IMG/VR virus record: IMGVR_UViG_3300001525_000092
Location: 1 to 64,000 of that record
Length of the DNA stretch: 64,000 bases
Source: a virus
Taxonomy: Duplodnaviria; Caudoviricetes
Direction: 5' to 3' (one strand)
Shown here piece after piece: positions 39,086 through 48,871 of this stretch. A program made the translations under genes and the position numbers. Below the pieces are notes generated by a model. It was not told where the DNA came from. It was given only the letters and a program-made list of their open reading frames with translations, and did not search any database. Position 1 is the stretch's first letter; every line of letters starts with the position of its first letter.

Positions 39086-39964
39086 TCACTTGACTGCATT
39101 CTTGTCAAACTTGCCATTCTTCATTCTATTGAGGGCAGATCCTTCTTTATCAGGGTAACTAGATGGCTTAGAACCTTTCTCTTGTCCTGCTTTGTCTGTC
39201 TGCGGCATCTCTCCTCTAGATGGAGCATTGTCTTCAGGATAATTGTTGACTTTCACATTCCAAATGTTAGAGCAGATGTCTTCTACTACTTCTTCTCTTT
39301 CTATGTTCTTCTCTTCACTGTATATAGAAGCAGACTCTTCTGAAAGCTTAGTAGTCACATACTCTCTTATCTTGCTCTTGTTCCATTCTTTGTCATACAA
39401 GTTAGGACCATTTGTCTTTCCTGATGGTATCTCCGGATCTTCATCTCGCTTAGCTAGTGCTGCTGCAATGTTTCCTTGCACCGCTTTCAGCATCTGCACA
39501 GGAGAGATGTCAGCATCATAGTCAAAGCAAACCATGTTTCCTTCTGGATTAATCATCGCACACTCAGACCATCTATGATGTCCATCTATCACATAGTTTC
39601 CTCTGAATGTGACTAACGGCATTCCTGCTGTCACTATCTTGTCATCAAACAAGTGCTTCATGTTGTCTGGCTTAGTTAGACTATGCTTGATAGACTTGTC
39701 AACATCTATCTCATTCTGAGTTGGCCGCAATGCCATTGGCTTGATTAGCTTCACTCTGAATGTGAACTTGGTGTCTCCTAAGTCACCTCCAAAGCCGTCT
39801 TCTAGCAAAGTCTTTGCTTTAGGATCTTCTAGCATCTTGTTAAGAGTACTAACATAGTCAGGATAGTTCTTGCCTTTCAAGTACTTCTCTAATTCCTTCT
39901 TTCTCTCTTTGTTAGAAGAAGTAGTTCTTGCATTCTCTAGTATGTATTCTTCTAGTCTTACCAT
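39086..39964 (-). CDS. ParB/Srx-like domain protein
   Basis: LRPTQNEI...YVIDGHHRW; N-terminus MVRLEEYILE. Confidence 0.75.
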   Translation of the reverse strand: MVRLEEYILENARTTSSNKERKKELEKYLKGKNYPDYVSTLNKMLEDPKAKTLLEDGFGGDLGDTKFTFRVKLIKPMALRPTQNEIDVDKSIKHSLTKPDNMKHLFDDKIVTAGMPLVTFRGNYVIDGHHRWSECAMINPEGNMVCFDYDADISPVQMLKAVQGNIAAALAKRDEDPEIPSGKTNGPNLYDKEWNKSKIREYVTTKLSEESASIYSEEKNIEREEVVEDICSNIWNVKVNNYPEDNAPSRGEMPQTDKAGQEKGSKPSSYPDKEGSALNRMKNGKFDKNAVK

Positions 39965-39975
39965 TTCTTATTCTT

Positions 39976-40860
39976 TTATATTGCGTCATCTTCACTTATC
40001 AAGTCAGGTGCATTTTTTTCTATCTTGTATGTTGAGTTGTCATATATTGACACTACTGGCTTGTTCTTGCCTAAGTAGCCTGACAAGAAATGATTATAGT
40101 ATAAGTAATAGTCTTCTCCTTCTACATTGTCTAACATGAAGTTTACGATAGCTATGTCACTTGACAACTTCTTCACTCTAGCAACTATAGAAATTCCATT
40201 AGACAACTTATACTTATAAGAATATTCTTTATCTAGAACTCTGTCATGACTAGGACACCCGTAGAACACTATGTCTTGAAGTGTGATGTCAGACTTATCA
40301 AGAAGAGAAGAAAAGTTCAAGTAAGTGAAGAATGGATCATCATATAGTTCTTTTACTCTATCTATTGTGAGATTGACTGTCTCATCATCTTCTATTCCTA
40401 AAGTGTCTTTAGCTATTCCTTCAAGTGTGTCTATGACCGGAATTCCAATGCATTTGTTACATTTCATCAATGATCTCCATCTCACTATGTAAATCAAGTC
40501 AAGCTTCTTGATGATAGGTGTAGCAGTTCCTATGAATGTGTCATCAAATATGATGCTAGGCACTTCTATCACATCACTGACTTTCTCTTTCCAATAATCT
40601 GGGATATTCACATCATCAATGAAGATGTAATACCCATCTAGCTCATATTCATTGTCTTCTAGTGGATATAAGCAGTCTCTTGCTTGGTCACTCAACAGAT
40701 TAGCTTCTGCTTCTATCAATGGTAGATGATGGAGATGAATAGCATGCAATGTGACTGTATCATCTGCACCGCTGGATGAAGTCATGTAAGACTTTATCTT
40801 GTTCCATCTTTCTCTATTTATTAAGAATGGACACTTACTCTTTAGTTCTTCTATATTCAT
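39976..40860 (-). CDS. Hypothetical protein (baseplate gene neighbourhood)
   Basis: 294-aa ORF downstream of gp6-like gene. Confidence 0.6.
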   Translation of the reverse strand: MNIEELKSKCPFLINRERWNKIKSYMTSSSGADDTVTLHAIHLHHLPLIEAEANLLSDQARDCLYPLEDNEYELDGYYIFIDDVNIPDYWKEKVSDVIEVPSIIFDDTFIGTATPIIKKLDLIYIVRWRSLMKCNKCIGIPVIDTLEGIAKDTLGIEDDETVNLTIDRVKELYDDPFFTYLNFSSLLDKSDITLQDIVFYGCPSHDRVLDKEYSYKYKLSNGISIVARVKKLSSDIAIVNFMLDNVEGEDYYLYYNHFLSGYLGKNKPVVSIYDNSTYKIEKNAPDLISEDDAI

Positions 40861-40892
40861 GTTCTATTGTCTTATATGAATCAATATAGAAA

Positions 40893-42551
40893 CTATATGA
40901 AGTGTATTTCAATTGCTTCTTGCATCACAACAGACTCTTTGATATTGTCTGTAGGATATGTTCTCACTCCTTTCTTGAGCACAGGCACTTCTAGCAAAGT
41001 GTCAAGTGAGATGTTTCCATAGTAGTCTAGTCCAATAGGATGAAGCTCATCATACACTTGTCTGTCTTCTACTATCTTGTATGTGTTGTTAGAGACATGC
41101 ATCTGGTGCTTGTACCAGTAACCTTTCACTCTTCCTTCTTCGTTGTCATTAGATATGATGTCTATGTCTATGCTAGAAAGTCCGGAACAGTTAGACAGCA
41201 CAGCGGATATGATGTCTGACTTAGGTATGAATGTAGTGTTCATAGGCAATGACATGAAGTACTGTGATATGGTGTTAGATATGCTTGTCTTCAGTGCTTC
41301 TTGTCCGTATATAGTGTCACATTTCACATAGCACACAATAGCATACTTTCTCACTATAGGATCTACTATCTTTACTGTAAGTCCAGCAAAAGTCTTCTTT
41401 GACTCTTCTATTGCTGTCAGCAACATTGACTTCTGGTAGTCACTTAAGAACACATTAGAAGAGCTAGCACACATATAGTCTGAGCTAGACACTGAGAGCA
41501 ATGGACATATAGTCACAGTCAGTGAGTTAGAATGCATCAGTATGTTAGCAGTAGATATGAATGAGTATCTGTCTAAGAAGAGCTTGAAGTTGTCTTCTGA
41601 TGCTAGCACTAGTGATCTTGAGTTGCATCCTACTAGCTTTCTCACAGAAGCAATTGTGTCACTATTAGATCCACCAGATATGTAGTTAGAGAGAACTAAG
41701 TCAAGATAGTCATTTCCGTCTACTTCATTTCCTAGACCATCTATCAATGATGACTTGAACTTCAATTGTGCTTTCTGGCTGTAGCTGACATTTCCTGCTG
41801 CCCCGTCATGCACAACATACTTGACGCTCACATTGTCTGCTTCAGCAAGTTGCTTCCCGTGCACACCATCTCCAAACATGAATGCAAGGCCGCCATCATA
41901 TCCTGCCGTCACTACTACTTCTTTTCCATTCTCTGTCATGTCATATATTGATGTGACTTTGTCATACTTCTCATTGTTCACATACACACTAACATAAGAC
42001 ATGTCAAACAAACCTGTAGGAGAGATAGTGAATGTCTCTAACTTTTCTCCTTTAGCTATGTATCTTGATTCTTCTCGCTTTCCTTGCACTATCTTCACAT
42101 CATAAGTCACTAAAGGTCTGTTCATGTCTATGACGATGCAATCAGTAGGCAACCATATCAAGTACTCATATCCAGTGCTACTATTCACTATTATTGTGTA
42201 GTTAGGAACAATGAGCTTCACTGATCCACTTTCTAGACCATTTCCTATCTTGTTCTTTAAGTGCACAGTTCCTATAGCAGATGATCCAAACCAAGGCTCA
42301 TGCCCTGATAGCTTAGCAAGTCCATACACTGACTTCTTTCTTATAGCAGTGAATATGTTCTGCTCAGTAAGTGCATCTTCTATATAGAACATGATGTTTT
42401 GCATCACACCTTTTATTCCTTGCAATATGACACCATATATAGATGCCTGTGAATATGGCAAGCCGACTGACTTGAATGCTTTTGCTAAGAATGACTGCAT
42501 TGTGTCATCAAACTTGTCGTATGTTGTGCTAAGTAAGCTAAATAGTCTCAT
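40893..42551 (-). CDS. Baseplate wedge protein (T4 gp6 / baseplate J-like)
   Basis: EQNIFTAIRKKSVYGLAKLSGH, FGDGVHGK, YVVHDGAAGN, GGSNSDTIASVR, LVLASEDNF. Confidence 0.8.
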   Translation of the reverse strand: MRLFSLLSTTYDKFDDTMQSFLAKAFKSVGLPYSQASIYGVILQGIKGVMQNIMFYIEDALTEQNIFTAIRKKSVYGLAKLSGHEPWFGSSAIGTVHLKNKIGNGLESGSVKLIVPNYTIIVNSSTGYEYLIWLPTDCIVIDMNRPLVTYDVKIVQGKREESRYIAKGEKLETFTISPTGLFDMSYVSVYVNNEKYDKVTSIYDMTENGKEVVVTAGYDGGLAFMFGDGVHGKQLAEADNVSVKYVVHDGAAGNVSYSQKAQLKFKSSLIDGLGNEVDGNDYLDLVLSNYISGGSNSDTIASVRKLVGCNSRSLVLASEDNFKLFLDRYSFISTANILMHSNSLTVTICPLLSVSSSDYMCASSSNVFLSDYQKSMLLTAIEESKKTFAGLTVKIVDPIVRKYAIVCYVKCDTIYGQEALKTSISNTISQYFMSLPMNTTFIPKSDIISAVLSNCSGLSSIDIDIISNDNEEGRVKGYWYKHQMHVSNNTYKIVEDRQVYDELHPIGLDYYGNISLDTLLEVPVLKKGVRTYPTDNIKESVVMQEAIEIHFI

Positions 42552-42581
42552 TGTTGTTCTTTTGTATATATGTCTTTGTCT

Positions 42582-42950
42582 TTATCTGTATGTGTAGTCT
42601 TTAGATGCTAGAACAGGTGCATCGCTATCATTCTCTTCTCCTATTCCTCTCAATGATATTGACACAGTATATATAGCATGCTCAGAACCAGGAACTGCTT
42701 CTACTGATATGTCATGAGTGAACTGTCTTAGCCAGAAAGTGTACTTTGATATGTTGTCATCTATGTGTCTCTTTATTTGCTCAGTAGAAGGTTGCAAGTC
42801 CCATAAGAACTGCTCCATGTTGAGACCAAAGTAAGGCATGCCAATAAGCTGTGTCTTCTCTGTTCCCATTATCATGTCTAGCTCTTGGATAGCAGCAGAC
42901 AATGCATCTGTCACAACTAATGACTCTGTGAGTGACATGTCTAGTTCCAT
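42582..42950 (-). CDS. Baseplate wedge subunit, gp25-like
   Basis: IQELDMIMGTEKTQLIGMPYFGLNMEQFLW pattern, adjacent to gp6-like gene. Confidence 0.7.
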   Translation of the reverse strand: MELDMSLTESLVVTDALSAAIQELDMIMGTEKTQLIGMPYFGLNMEQFLWDLQPSTEQIKRHIDDNISKYTFWLRQFTHDISVEAVPGSEHAIYTVSISLRGIGEENDSDAPVLASKDYTYR

Positions 42951-42955
42951 GATGC

Positions 42956-44815
42956 TTATGTGTATGATATGTTTCCTGTTGTTATGTAGTTGCCTTCATT
43001 GTCTATCACATCATAAGAAGGAGACTCAAGTGAGTTAGACAATGCATCTACTTTGAATATGACATATATTCCATTTCTAGCTATCTCAGGAAAGTCATTC
43101 CCGTCTATTCTGATGTAGAACAAGTCAACTTTAGTCATGTACTTAGATAGATTGATGCCGACATTCTGTGTCACATTCCTTCTTATCTTTATGTTCTGAG
43201 CATCTTCTGTTCTGTAGAACAATGGCTTGTAAATAACTCTAGGTGCTGTTCTTTGGTGTGTGCTAGAGACAGAAGATCCTTTTTTCAGTATGTTGCATCT
43301 TATGTTGTCAATGAAAAATACTTTGTTAGTGTCATTCATGATTTCTATGTTCTTGTTGTATTGTTTGTAAGTGTAAGGATTGTCTTCATCTCTTTCTTGA
43401 AGAGAAGGCAATTCTCTCACTCTTCCTTCTTCTATGTCAGTGATGATGTGTCTTATATAGTCTTTAGTGAGAACACACACATTAGACTTCATAGTGATGC
43501 CTATGTATCTGTCAATGAATGCAAGTCTCAAATACACATTAGACGGAACTTGATTCCAGTCTGTGAACAAGTCTATCAATGGAATGCTAAAGTCATCTAT
43601 GGTATTGTCGTAAGATGAGCTAGTCCAAATAACATGCTTGAAGTCTACATCAGATGCTACTGTGACCTCATATCCGCACATCTCCGGATGTCCTTGAAGC
43701 AACTCACTGTCTAAGGCATCTTCGTCTATAGAAGTTGCCACTTTCTTGTAAGTGCTCAAGTCAACATTATATAGCTCTTCATAATACTGCTGTAATTGCA
43801 TAGAACTATTGTACTGGAACTTTCCTACAGCTGACACTTTTCCATCTATGAACTGGACATTAGCTTCTAGAAATATCTTGGAATCTGTGTTGAATGAGCA
43901 AGAAGAGCTTTCAATTTCTTCATTTCCTTGATAGAATTCATCAATGATCTTGCTCCAAGGAAACAATGTGACTATCATTTCTTTAGACATCTTAGCATAT
44001 GAGTCCATGTTGCTAGCATCGTATTTCATCATCTGGATTCCATCAACATCAAGAATGCTCCATTTCATCATCAGAGACTTGAATGACACTTGCTGGATAG
44101 CACCGTCAGGAACATCATACTTTGTGAATGTGTATGTGCCATCTTCATTCAATTGACACCTTCTCTTGCTAGATTCACACAATAAGCTAAACTCTTGATC
44201 AGTGATTGTTCTAGTGACTTTCTTCACTTCTATCTCATTCTTGTCTTCATCAATGAATCTTATTACACTCATAGCAATGTCATCTATCCATATAGGATAA
44301 GGAAAGTCTATCCAAGCAGAAGTAAACAATATGTCCATGTCAGGAACATCATACTCATCATACTCCGTATATGTGTCATGACATATCTTTCTAAGTGGCG
44401 CTATAGATGTGTCTTTGTCATTCTTCGACAATATCCAATGAAACTTTATGTTGTTGATTAGTGAATAGCAATGAACTATCATTGGTTGCTTCTTCTTGGT
44501 AGAAGGATGCCATATCTTCAATGACTTAGTCTTGCACTCTATCTCATTTCCACTTCCATTCAAAGGATTTCCAATGAACTTAGAAGAAGTACAGAAAGCA
44601 GCAATTCCACTTTCATTTCTCTTTGATATCCACACATCATTCACTGATAAGTCAAGAGAAGAAGGCACAAGCCACACATCGGTGACATGCATCATGTCAT
44701 TCACTAAGTCACCATACACTAATGCCTTTTCTTTCTTGTAAGTCTCATAACCGACATTGTCTGAGAATGTCACTAAGTAGTTGTGTGATCCAAGTCTGAC
44801 ATTGCTTTCTTTCAT
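42956..44815 (-). CDS. Hypothetical protein, probably structural
   Basis: 619-aa ORF co-oriented with baseplate genes. Confidence 0.6.
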   Translation of the reverse strand: MKESNVRLGSHNYLVTFSDNVGYETYKKEKALVYGDLVNDMMHVTDVWLVPSSLDLSVNDVWISKRNESGIAAFCTSSKFIGNPLNGSGNEIECKTKSLKIWHPSTKKKQPMIVHCYSLINNIKFHWILSKNDKDTSIAPLRKICHDTYTEYDEYDVPDMDILFTSAWIDFPYPIWIDDIAMSVIRFIDEDKNEIEVKKVTRTITDQEFSLLCESSKRRCQLNEDGTYTFTKYDVPDGAIQQVSFKSLMMKWSILDVDGIQMMKYDASNMDSYAKMSKEMIVTLFPWSKIIDEFYQGNEEIESSSCSFNTDSKIFLEANVQFIDGKVSAVGKFQYNSSMQLQQYYEELYNVDLSTYKKVATSIDEDALDSELLQGHPEMCGYEVTVASDVDFKHVIWTSSSYDNTIDDFSIPLIDLFTDWNQVPSNVYLRLAFIDRYIGITMKSNVCVLTKDYIRHIITDIEEGRVRELPSLQERDEDNPYTYKQYNKNIEIMNDTNKVFFIDNIRCNILKKGSSVSSTHQRTAPRVIYKPLFYRTEDAQNIKIRRNVTQNVGINLSKYMTKVDLFYIRIDGNDFPEIARNGIYVIFKVDALSNSLESPSYDVIDNEGNYITTGNISYT

Positions 44816-44852
44816 TGTATAGAGTTAACTTATAATATAATTATAGTATAGT

Positions 44853-46571
44853 TTATAGTATGGTTGTAGTTATTGTTGCTTCAATTGGCTCTGTCTCTCT
44901 AAGAAGGATACCCATAGAGATTAGCTTCTTCACTAAGTGATCTGTCTTCTCTCCTATAGCATCTGTGTCTATGTTCTTCATTCTAAAGAAGAAGTTGAAG
45001 TGGCTATAGTCTGAAAGTTGCACACCATACAAGTAAGAAGTGTCAAACCATCTTCCTGCTCCTGCATAGATGCCACAATGATTCAGTATAGTTGACTCAT
45101 TCTTCACTCCTATGTCACCCGGCTTCAGATCATCTCCACTTATCATTTCCCAATCCGAGTCAGAGAATATAGTGAAGAAGTCTACACACATGTTAGGTGT
45201 CTCCATTCCTAGAGACTTCTTCATGATGTGCTTGACATATCCAGAGCAGTCTAGTCCATACTCTGGCTTGTCTTTTCCGTGTATCTTGTAGAAAAGACCT
45301 GGTTGCATGCACAAGCAATTGTACATCACTTCCTGTCTCTTGCTAGACAGATTCATCCAGTCATGCTCATACAAGCTTCTTACTTCTTCTTTGTCATATC
45401 CTGTGAAGCACTTTCCTTTGTCTTGTCCAAACTCAAACTCATCAGTGTGATAGATGGCATTCTTTTTCATGTAAGTCTCTATCTTGTCTATGACAATGTC
45501 AAACATGTTGTGCTTTATCTGCTGAGATATTCCTTGGACGCCTGGACTTGAGTTGTACTCTATCACAAAGTCTCCATCAGTGCATGCCATCAAGTCTATT
45601 CCTACCCATCGGCATCCTGAGAGCTTAGCTACCTTGAGTGCTATCTCTTTCTGCTTGTCCGTCATCTGGTACTCTTCTGTCTTAGCACCTAGTGACACAT
45701 TAGAACGGAAGTCACCTGATATCTTGTCTCTTTTCATGCAAGCAAGTATCTCGTAGTTGGCACCATCTACAGAGAATGCATGGACACGAATGTCACCAGT
45801 GTTCTCTTTGTACTCTTGTATGATGAACTCTGCTTCTTTGTCTATAGTGAACATAGCTTGAAGTATTCCTTCTATCTCTTCATGGTTGCAGATGAACACT
45901 CCAATGCCAAGACTGCCATTCAGTATCTTCACAACATACTGTCTGTTCTCTTTCACATCATTGATGTTCTCATTAGCGGTGTATATAGAGTCAAGCATCT
46001 TCCAGAAGCTTTCTCTTGTGTCATGGCACTCAGTGTTCAGATCTTCCATCAATTCTCTGGTGATGAGAACATATCCTGGTTGTGGAATGTTCTCTTGAGC
46101 AAGCAAGTTAGAAGCAAGGAACTTGTCTGATGCCATGATTATCTCATCTATAGTATTGAGCATGAAGAATCCTTCATATTCTAGAGCACGCATCAGACCA
46201 ATGTAGTTCTTCTTGTTGTCATCATTTGCTTGTCCTTGAAACACTATAGTGTCATGGATGTTGCTATGCTTGAGAGAGAAGTGCATGTCCATGATGTCAT
46301 CATCTATAGATATGACATGATTCTTGTAAGTGAAGCGCACTGTTGACTTGTTGAGCCAGACTAAGTTGAGCTTGCGCTTGTGGCAGCATATAGTGAGATA
46401 GTCTTGGTAAGACCAGTCTTCTTCTTTGTCTTTGATAGCTTCATCATAAGTCTTCACCTTCTTGTCTCCAACATAGAAGCATATCACATTCTTAAGCTCT
46501 AGCTTAGTGTCATTCTTAAGCAATGTCATTGCCTCATTGATGTTCTTGTACTCTTTCTCTTTTACTTGCAT
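44853..46571 (-). CDS. RimK-like ATP-grasp ligase fused to C-terminal NlpC/P60 domain
   Basis: ASDKF, VVKILNGSLGIGV, IIQEY, GDIRV, DFRSNVSLG, GIDL, VIEYNSSPG; then GLDCSGYV, LKPGDI, HCGIYAG. Confidence 0.85.
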   Translation of the reverse strand: MQVKEKEYKNINEAMTLLKNDTKLELKNVICFYVGDKKVKTYDEAIKDKEEDWSYQDYLTICCHKRKLNLVWLNKSTVRFTYKNHVISIDDDIMDMHFSLKHSNIHDTIVFQGQANDDNKKNYIGLMRALEYEGFFMLNTIDEIIMASDKFLASNLLAQENIPQPGYVLITRELMEDLNTECHDTRESFWKMLDSIYTANENINDVKENRQYVVKILNGSLGIGVFICNHEEIEGILQAMFTIDKEAEFIIQEYKENTGDIRVHAFSVDGANYEILACMKRDKISGDFRSNVSLGAKTEEYQMTDKQKEIALKVAKLSGCRWVGIDLMACTDGDFVIEYNSSPGVQGISQQIKHNMFDIVIDKIETYMKKNAIYHTDEFEFGQDKGKCFTGYDKEEVRSLYEHDWMNLSSKRQEVMYNCLCMQPGLFYKIHGKDKPEYGLDCSGYVKHIMKKSLGMETPNMCVDFFTIFSDSDWEMISGDDLKPGDIGVKNESTILNHCGIYAGAGRWFDTSYLYGVQLSDYSHFNFFFRMKNIDTDAIGEKTDHLVKKLISMGILLRETEPIEATITTTIL

Positions 46572-47596
46572 AACTCATCAATAGCATTTATAAGTTTCTC
46601 AAAGAACTTGCAGTTAGTCTCTTCTATGTCAGGATCATTGATAGGTGAGCTTGGTCCTGGTGCACCATTTAGCTCTACAATGATAGTCTTTCCATTCTGG
46701 AGTGGAAGCATGTCGACACCGCACCACTCTAGTCCTGATGCTCTAGCAACTTCTAATGCAAGCTTCTCTTGCTCACTAGAAAGTTTGTAGTCATCTTCCA
46801 TGTCACATCCAAGACTTAGATTAGTCCTGAAGTCTTTTCCTTTCTTCCTCATTATAGAAGAAAGTATCTTTTGCTTTCCATTCAACGTCAGAACATGAAC
46901 TCTGATGTCACCATCTTTTATCTCTTGAAAGTCTTGTATCAGTATAGGACAGTTCTCTTTGAGCTTGAACAGGCATTGCAATATAGAGACGATGTTCTTT
47001 CCTCTGCAGCAGAACACACCTTTGCCACCATGGCCACCCAATATCTTGCACACATAATTGAAGTCATCATCTAGCTTTCCGTACAGCGTCTTTAGTTTCT
47101 CATCTAGCTTCTTGTGATCTTCTTTGTCGATATCTGCTGATGTTGATAAGACAAACTTAGGCTGAGGAAACTTATTCTGGTCTAAGAAGCATGCTGTGGC
47201 ATACTTGTCAGAAGAGAGTGCTACTGCTAATGGACAGTTCAATATCAGTATTCCTAAGCTTTGGATAGCTTTCAATAGATTAGACACAACTGGATTAGTA
47301 TATCCACTCCTCATCAGTATGACAGTGTCTTTTCTATCAGATATTGTCAGCTTCACTGTACTGCTGTCTTTTTCTCTACTATATATAGTTACACTCTTCT
47401 CTTCAGTAGAGAAGTCAAGCTTAGTAGGATCAGCATACTCTACTTTGATGTGATCTCTAGACAGCATCTTGATGCTGTTCAAGTAGAGTTCTCCTATCAA
47501 TACTAGCCTCTTCACTTTCTTAAGCTCGGTTGTATGTTCTTGATTCTTGCTCTCAACTAATGTAAGCATGTCATCAAGATTAGTGACATATTTCAT
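46562..47596 (-). CDS. RimK-like ATP-grasp ligase
   Basis: SSDKY, VCKILGGHGGKGV, LIQDF, GDIRV, DFRTNLSLG, GVDM, VELNGAPG. Confidence 0.88.
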   Translation of the reverse strand: MKYVTNLDDMLTLVESKNQEHTTELKKVKRLVLIGELYLNSIKMLSRDHIKVEYADPTKLDFSTEEKSVTIYSREKDSSTVKLTISDRKDTVILMRSGYTNPVVSNLLKAIQSLGILILNCPLAVALSSDKYATACFLDQNKFPQPKFVLSTSADIDKEDHKKLDEKLKTLYGKLDDDFNYVCKILGGHGGKGVFCCRGKNIVSILQCLFKLKENCPILIQDFQEIKDGDIRVHVLTLNGKQKILSSIMRKKGKDFRTNLSLGCDMEDDYKLSSEQEKLALEVARASGLEWCGVDMLPLQNGKTIIVELNGAPGPSSPINDPDIEETNCKFFEKLINAIDELCK

Positions 47597-47623
47597 TGAA
47601 TTCTTGTTCTGATTATTCTATGA

Positions 47624-47632
47624 TTAAAAATA
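47624..47632 (-). promoter_or_regulatory. Putative late promoter TATTTTTAA for the ATP-grasp/baseplate operon
   Basis: ttaaaaata on + strand, 28 nt upstream of ATG at 47596. Confidence 0.45.
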
Positions 47633-47657
47633 TCAGAAACTATTAAATAGAAGAGAA

Positions 47658-47969
47658 ATGACAAAGTTAGTGAAACTCATAACAGGAGGAAAGAAAGTAA
47701 GATGTGAGATAGGATACTTGGAACATCCTACTTATGAGATAAGCATAAAGTATAGCATATATAAGTATGAGAACAAGTTCTTATGGAAGAAGTGGTATAC
47801 TTATGACTACAAGATAACTGCTCCTTATGTGAACATCAAGTATAGTCTTCAGTCGGTGTCTGAGAGAAACACTAACATCATGATAGAACAAAAGGTAAAA
47901 GAGCTAAGGCATGAGATAGAAGATAGAATATTAGAAATGAAAGCAGAAGATGCACAAAATAAAGTTTGA
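47658..47969 (+). CDS. Hypothetical protein
   Basis: 103-aa ORF. Confidence 0.55.
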   Translation: MTKLVKLITGGKKVRCEIGYLEHPTYEISIKYSIYKYENKFLWKKWYTYDYKITAPYVNIKYSLQSVSERNTNIMIEQKVKELRHEIEDRILEMKAEDAQNKV

Positions 47970-47993
47970 AATTTTTGATAATGTGACTATATT
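47965..47993 (+). promoter_or_regulatory. Putative early promoter TTGAAA-N16-TATATT
   Basis: TTGAAA 47966-47971, TATATT 47988-47993. Confidence 0.75.
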
Positions 47994-48035
47994 AATCATG
48001 TCAAAATAAAGTTGAACAATTAAAATTAAGATATC

Positions 48036-48548
48036 ATGGTTATAATTATTCTTTTAATCGCTGGAAGTGTATTTAGTTTCTTGACATATTGCATGTATTC
48101 TACATTCAAAGATAGCGACTGGGACATTATTGGAACTATCAAGTATGACAAGAAAGGATTCTTCTGGACTATCACTGGAATCATCATCTCTTTGGTAGTA
48201 AGTTACTATTGCTTTGTGACACCTAGCTATGCTATAAGTCATCAGTACTATCATAAGAATGGAACTATTACTTCGGTAGAGTACTCACTTACAGGTGACA
48301 GCACCATCAAGAACAACATCAAAGCTCCTAAAGACACTTATGGAAAGGTAGTCAGTGTAAAGTTGAATCATAGACTAAATGGAAAGATCTTGAACAGTTA
48401 CACAGAGTTCACTATTGAGTTGAATGATGGAAGAACAATGCATGATGAGCTATCAGGTGACTTGACTGACACTATCAAAGAAGGTCATGGAATGAGCATC
48501 ACAGAGACTTTCTATCCATCGTACAAAGTAGATTACAACTTTAATTAA
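48036..48548 (+). CDS. Membrane protein (two N-terminal TM helices)
   Basis: Hydrophobic N-terminus and second TM segment. Confidence 0.65.
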   Translation: MVIIILLIAGSVFSFLTYCMYSTFKDSDWDIIGTIKYDKKGFFWTITGIIISLVVSYYCFVTPSYAISHQYYHKNGTITSVEYSLTGDSTIKNNIKAPKDTYGKVVSVKLNHRLNGKILNSYTEFTIELNDGRTMHDELSGDLTDTIKEGHGMSITETFYPSYKVDYNFN

Positions 48549-48556
48549 TTAGCAAT

Positions 48557-48811
48557 ATGTATACAAACATCATCGGATTCATCATTGTCGGCATCTTCAT
48601 TGGATGTTGTCTCATGACATTGATCTCTATCTACTCATACAAGAAGAACTGTCCTGATTATGTAGAGACAGATACCGGAATTGTATGGAGGTTGAAGTGC
48701 AAAGCAACTTCTTGTGTTGACAACAAGCCTTGCTATGTCATGGAAAGCACAAAAGATGCACATGTAGAGACAGTAGACTACTTGACATTCAAGAAGAGGT
48801 TCAAAGAATGA
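48557..48811 (+). CDS. Small membrane-anchored protein
   Basis: N-terminal TM helix. Confidence 0.6.
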   Translation: MYTNIIGFIIVGIFIGCCLMTLISIYSYKKNCPDYVETDTGIVWRLKCKATSCVDNKPCYVMESTKDAHVETVDYLTFKKRFKE

Positions 48812-48871
48812 ACTTCTTCTTTTATTTATCTATGTTTTATTTAACAAACAATTAAAATCAAGAAAGTATTT

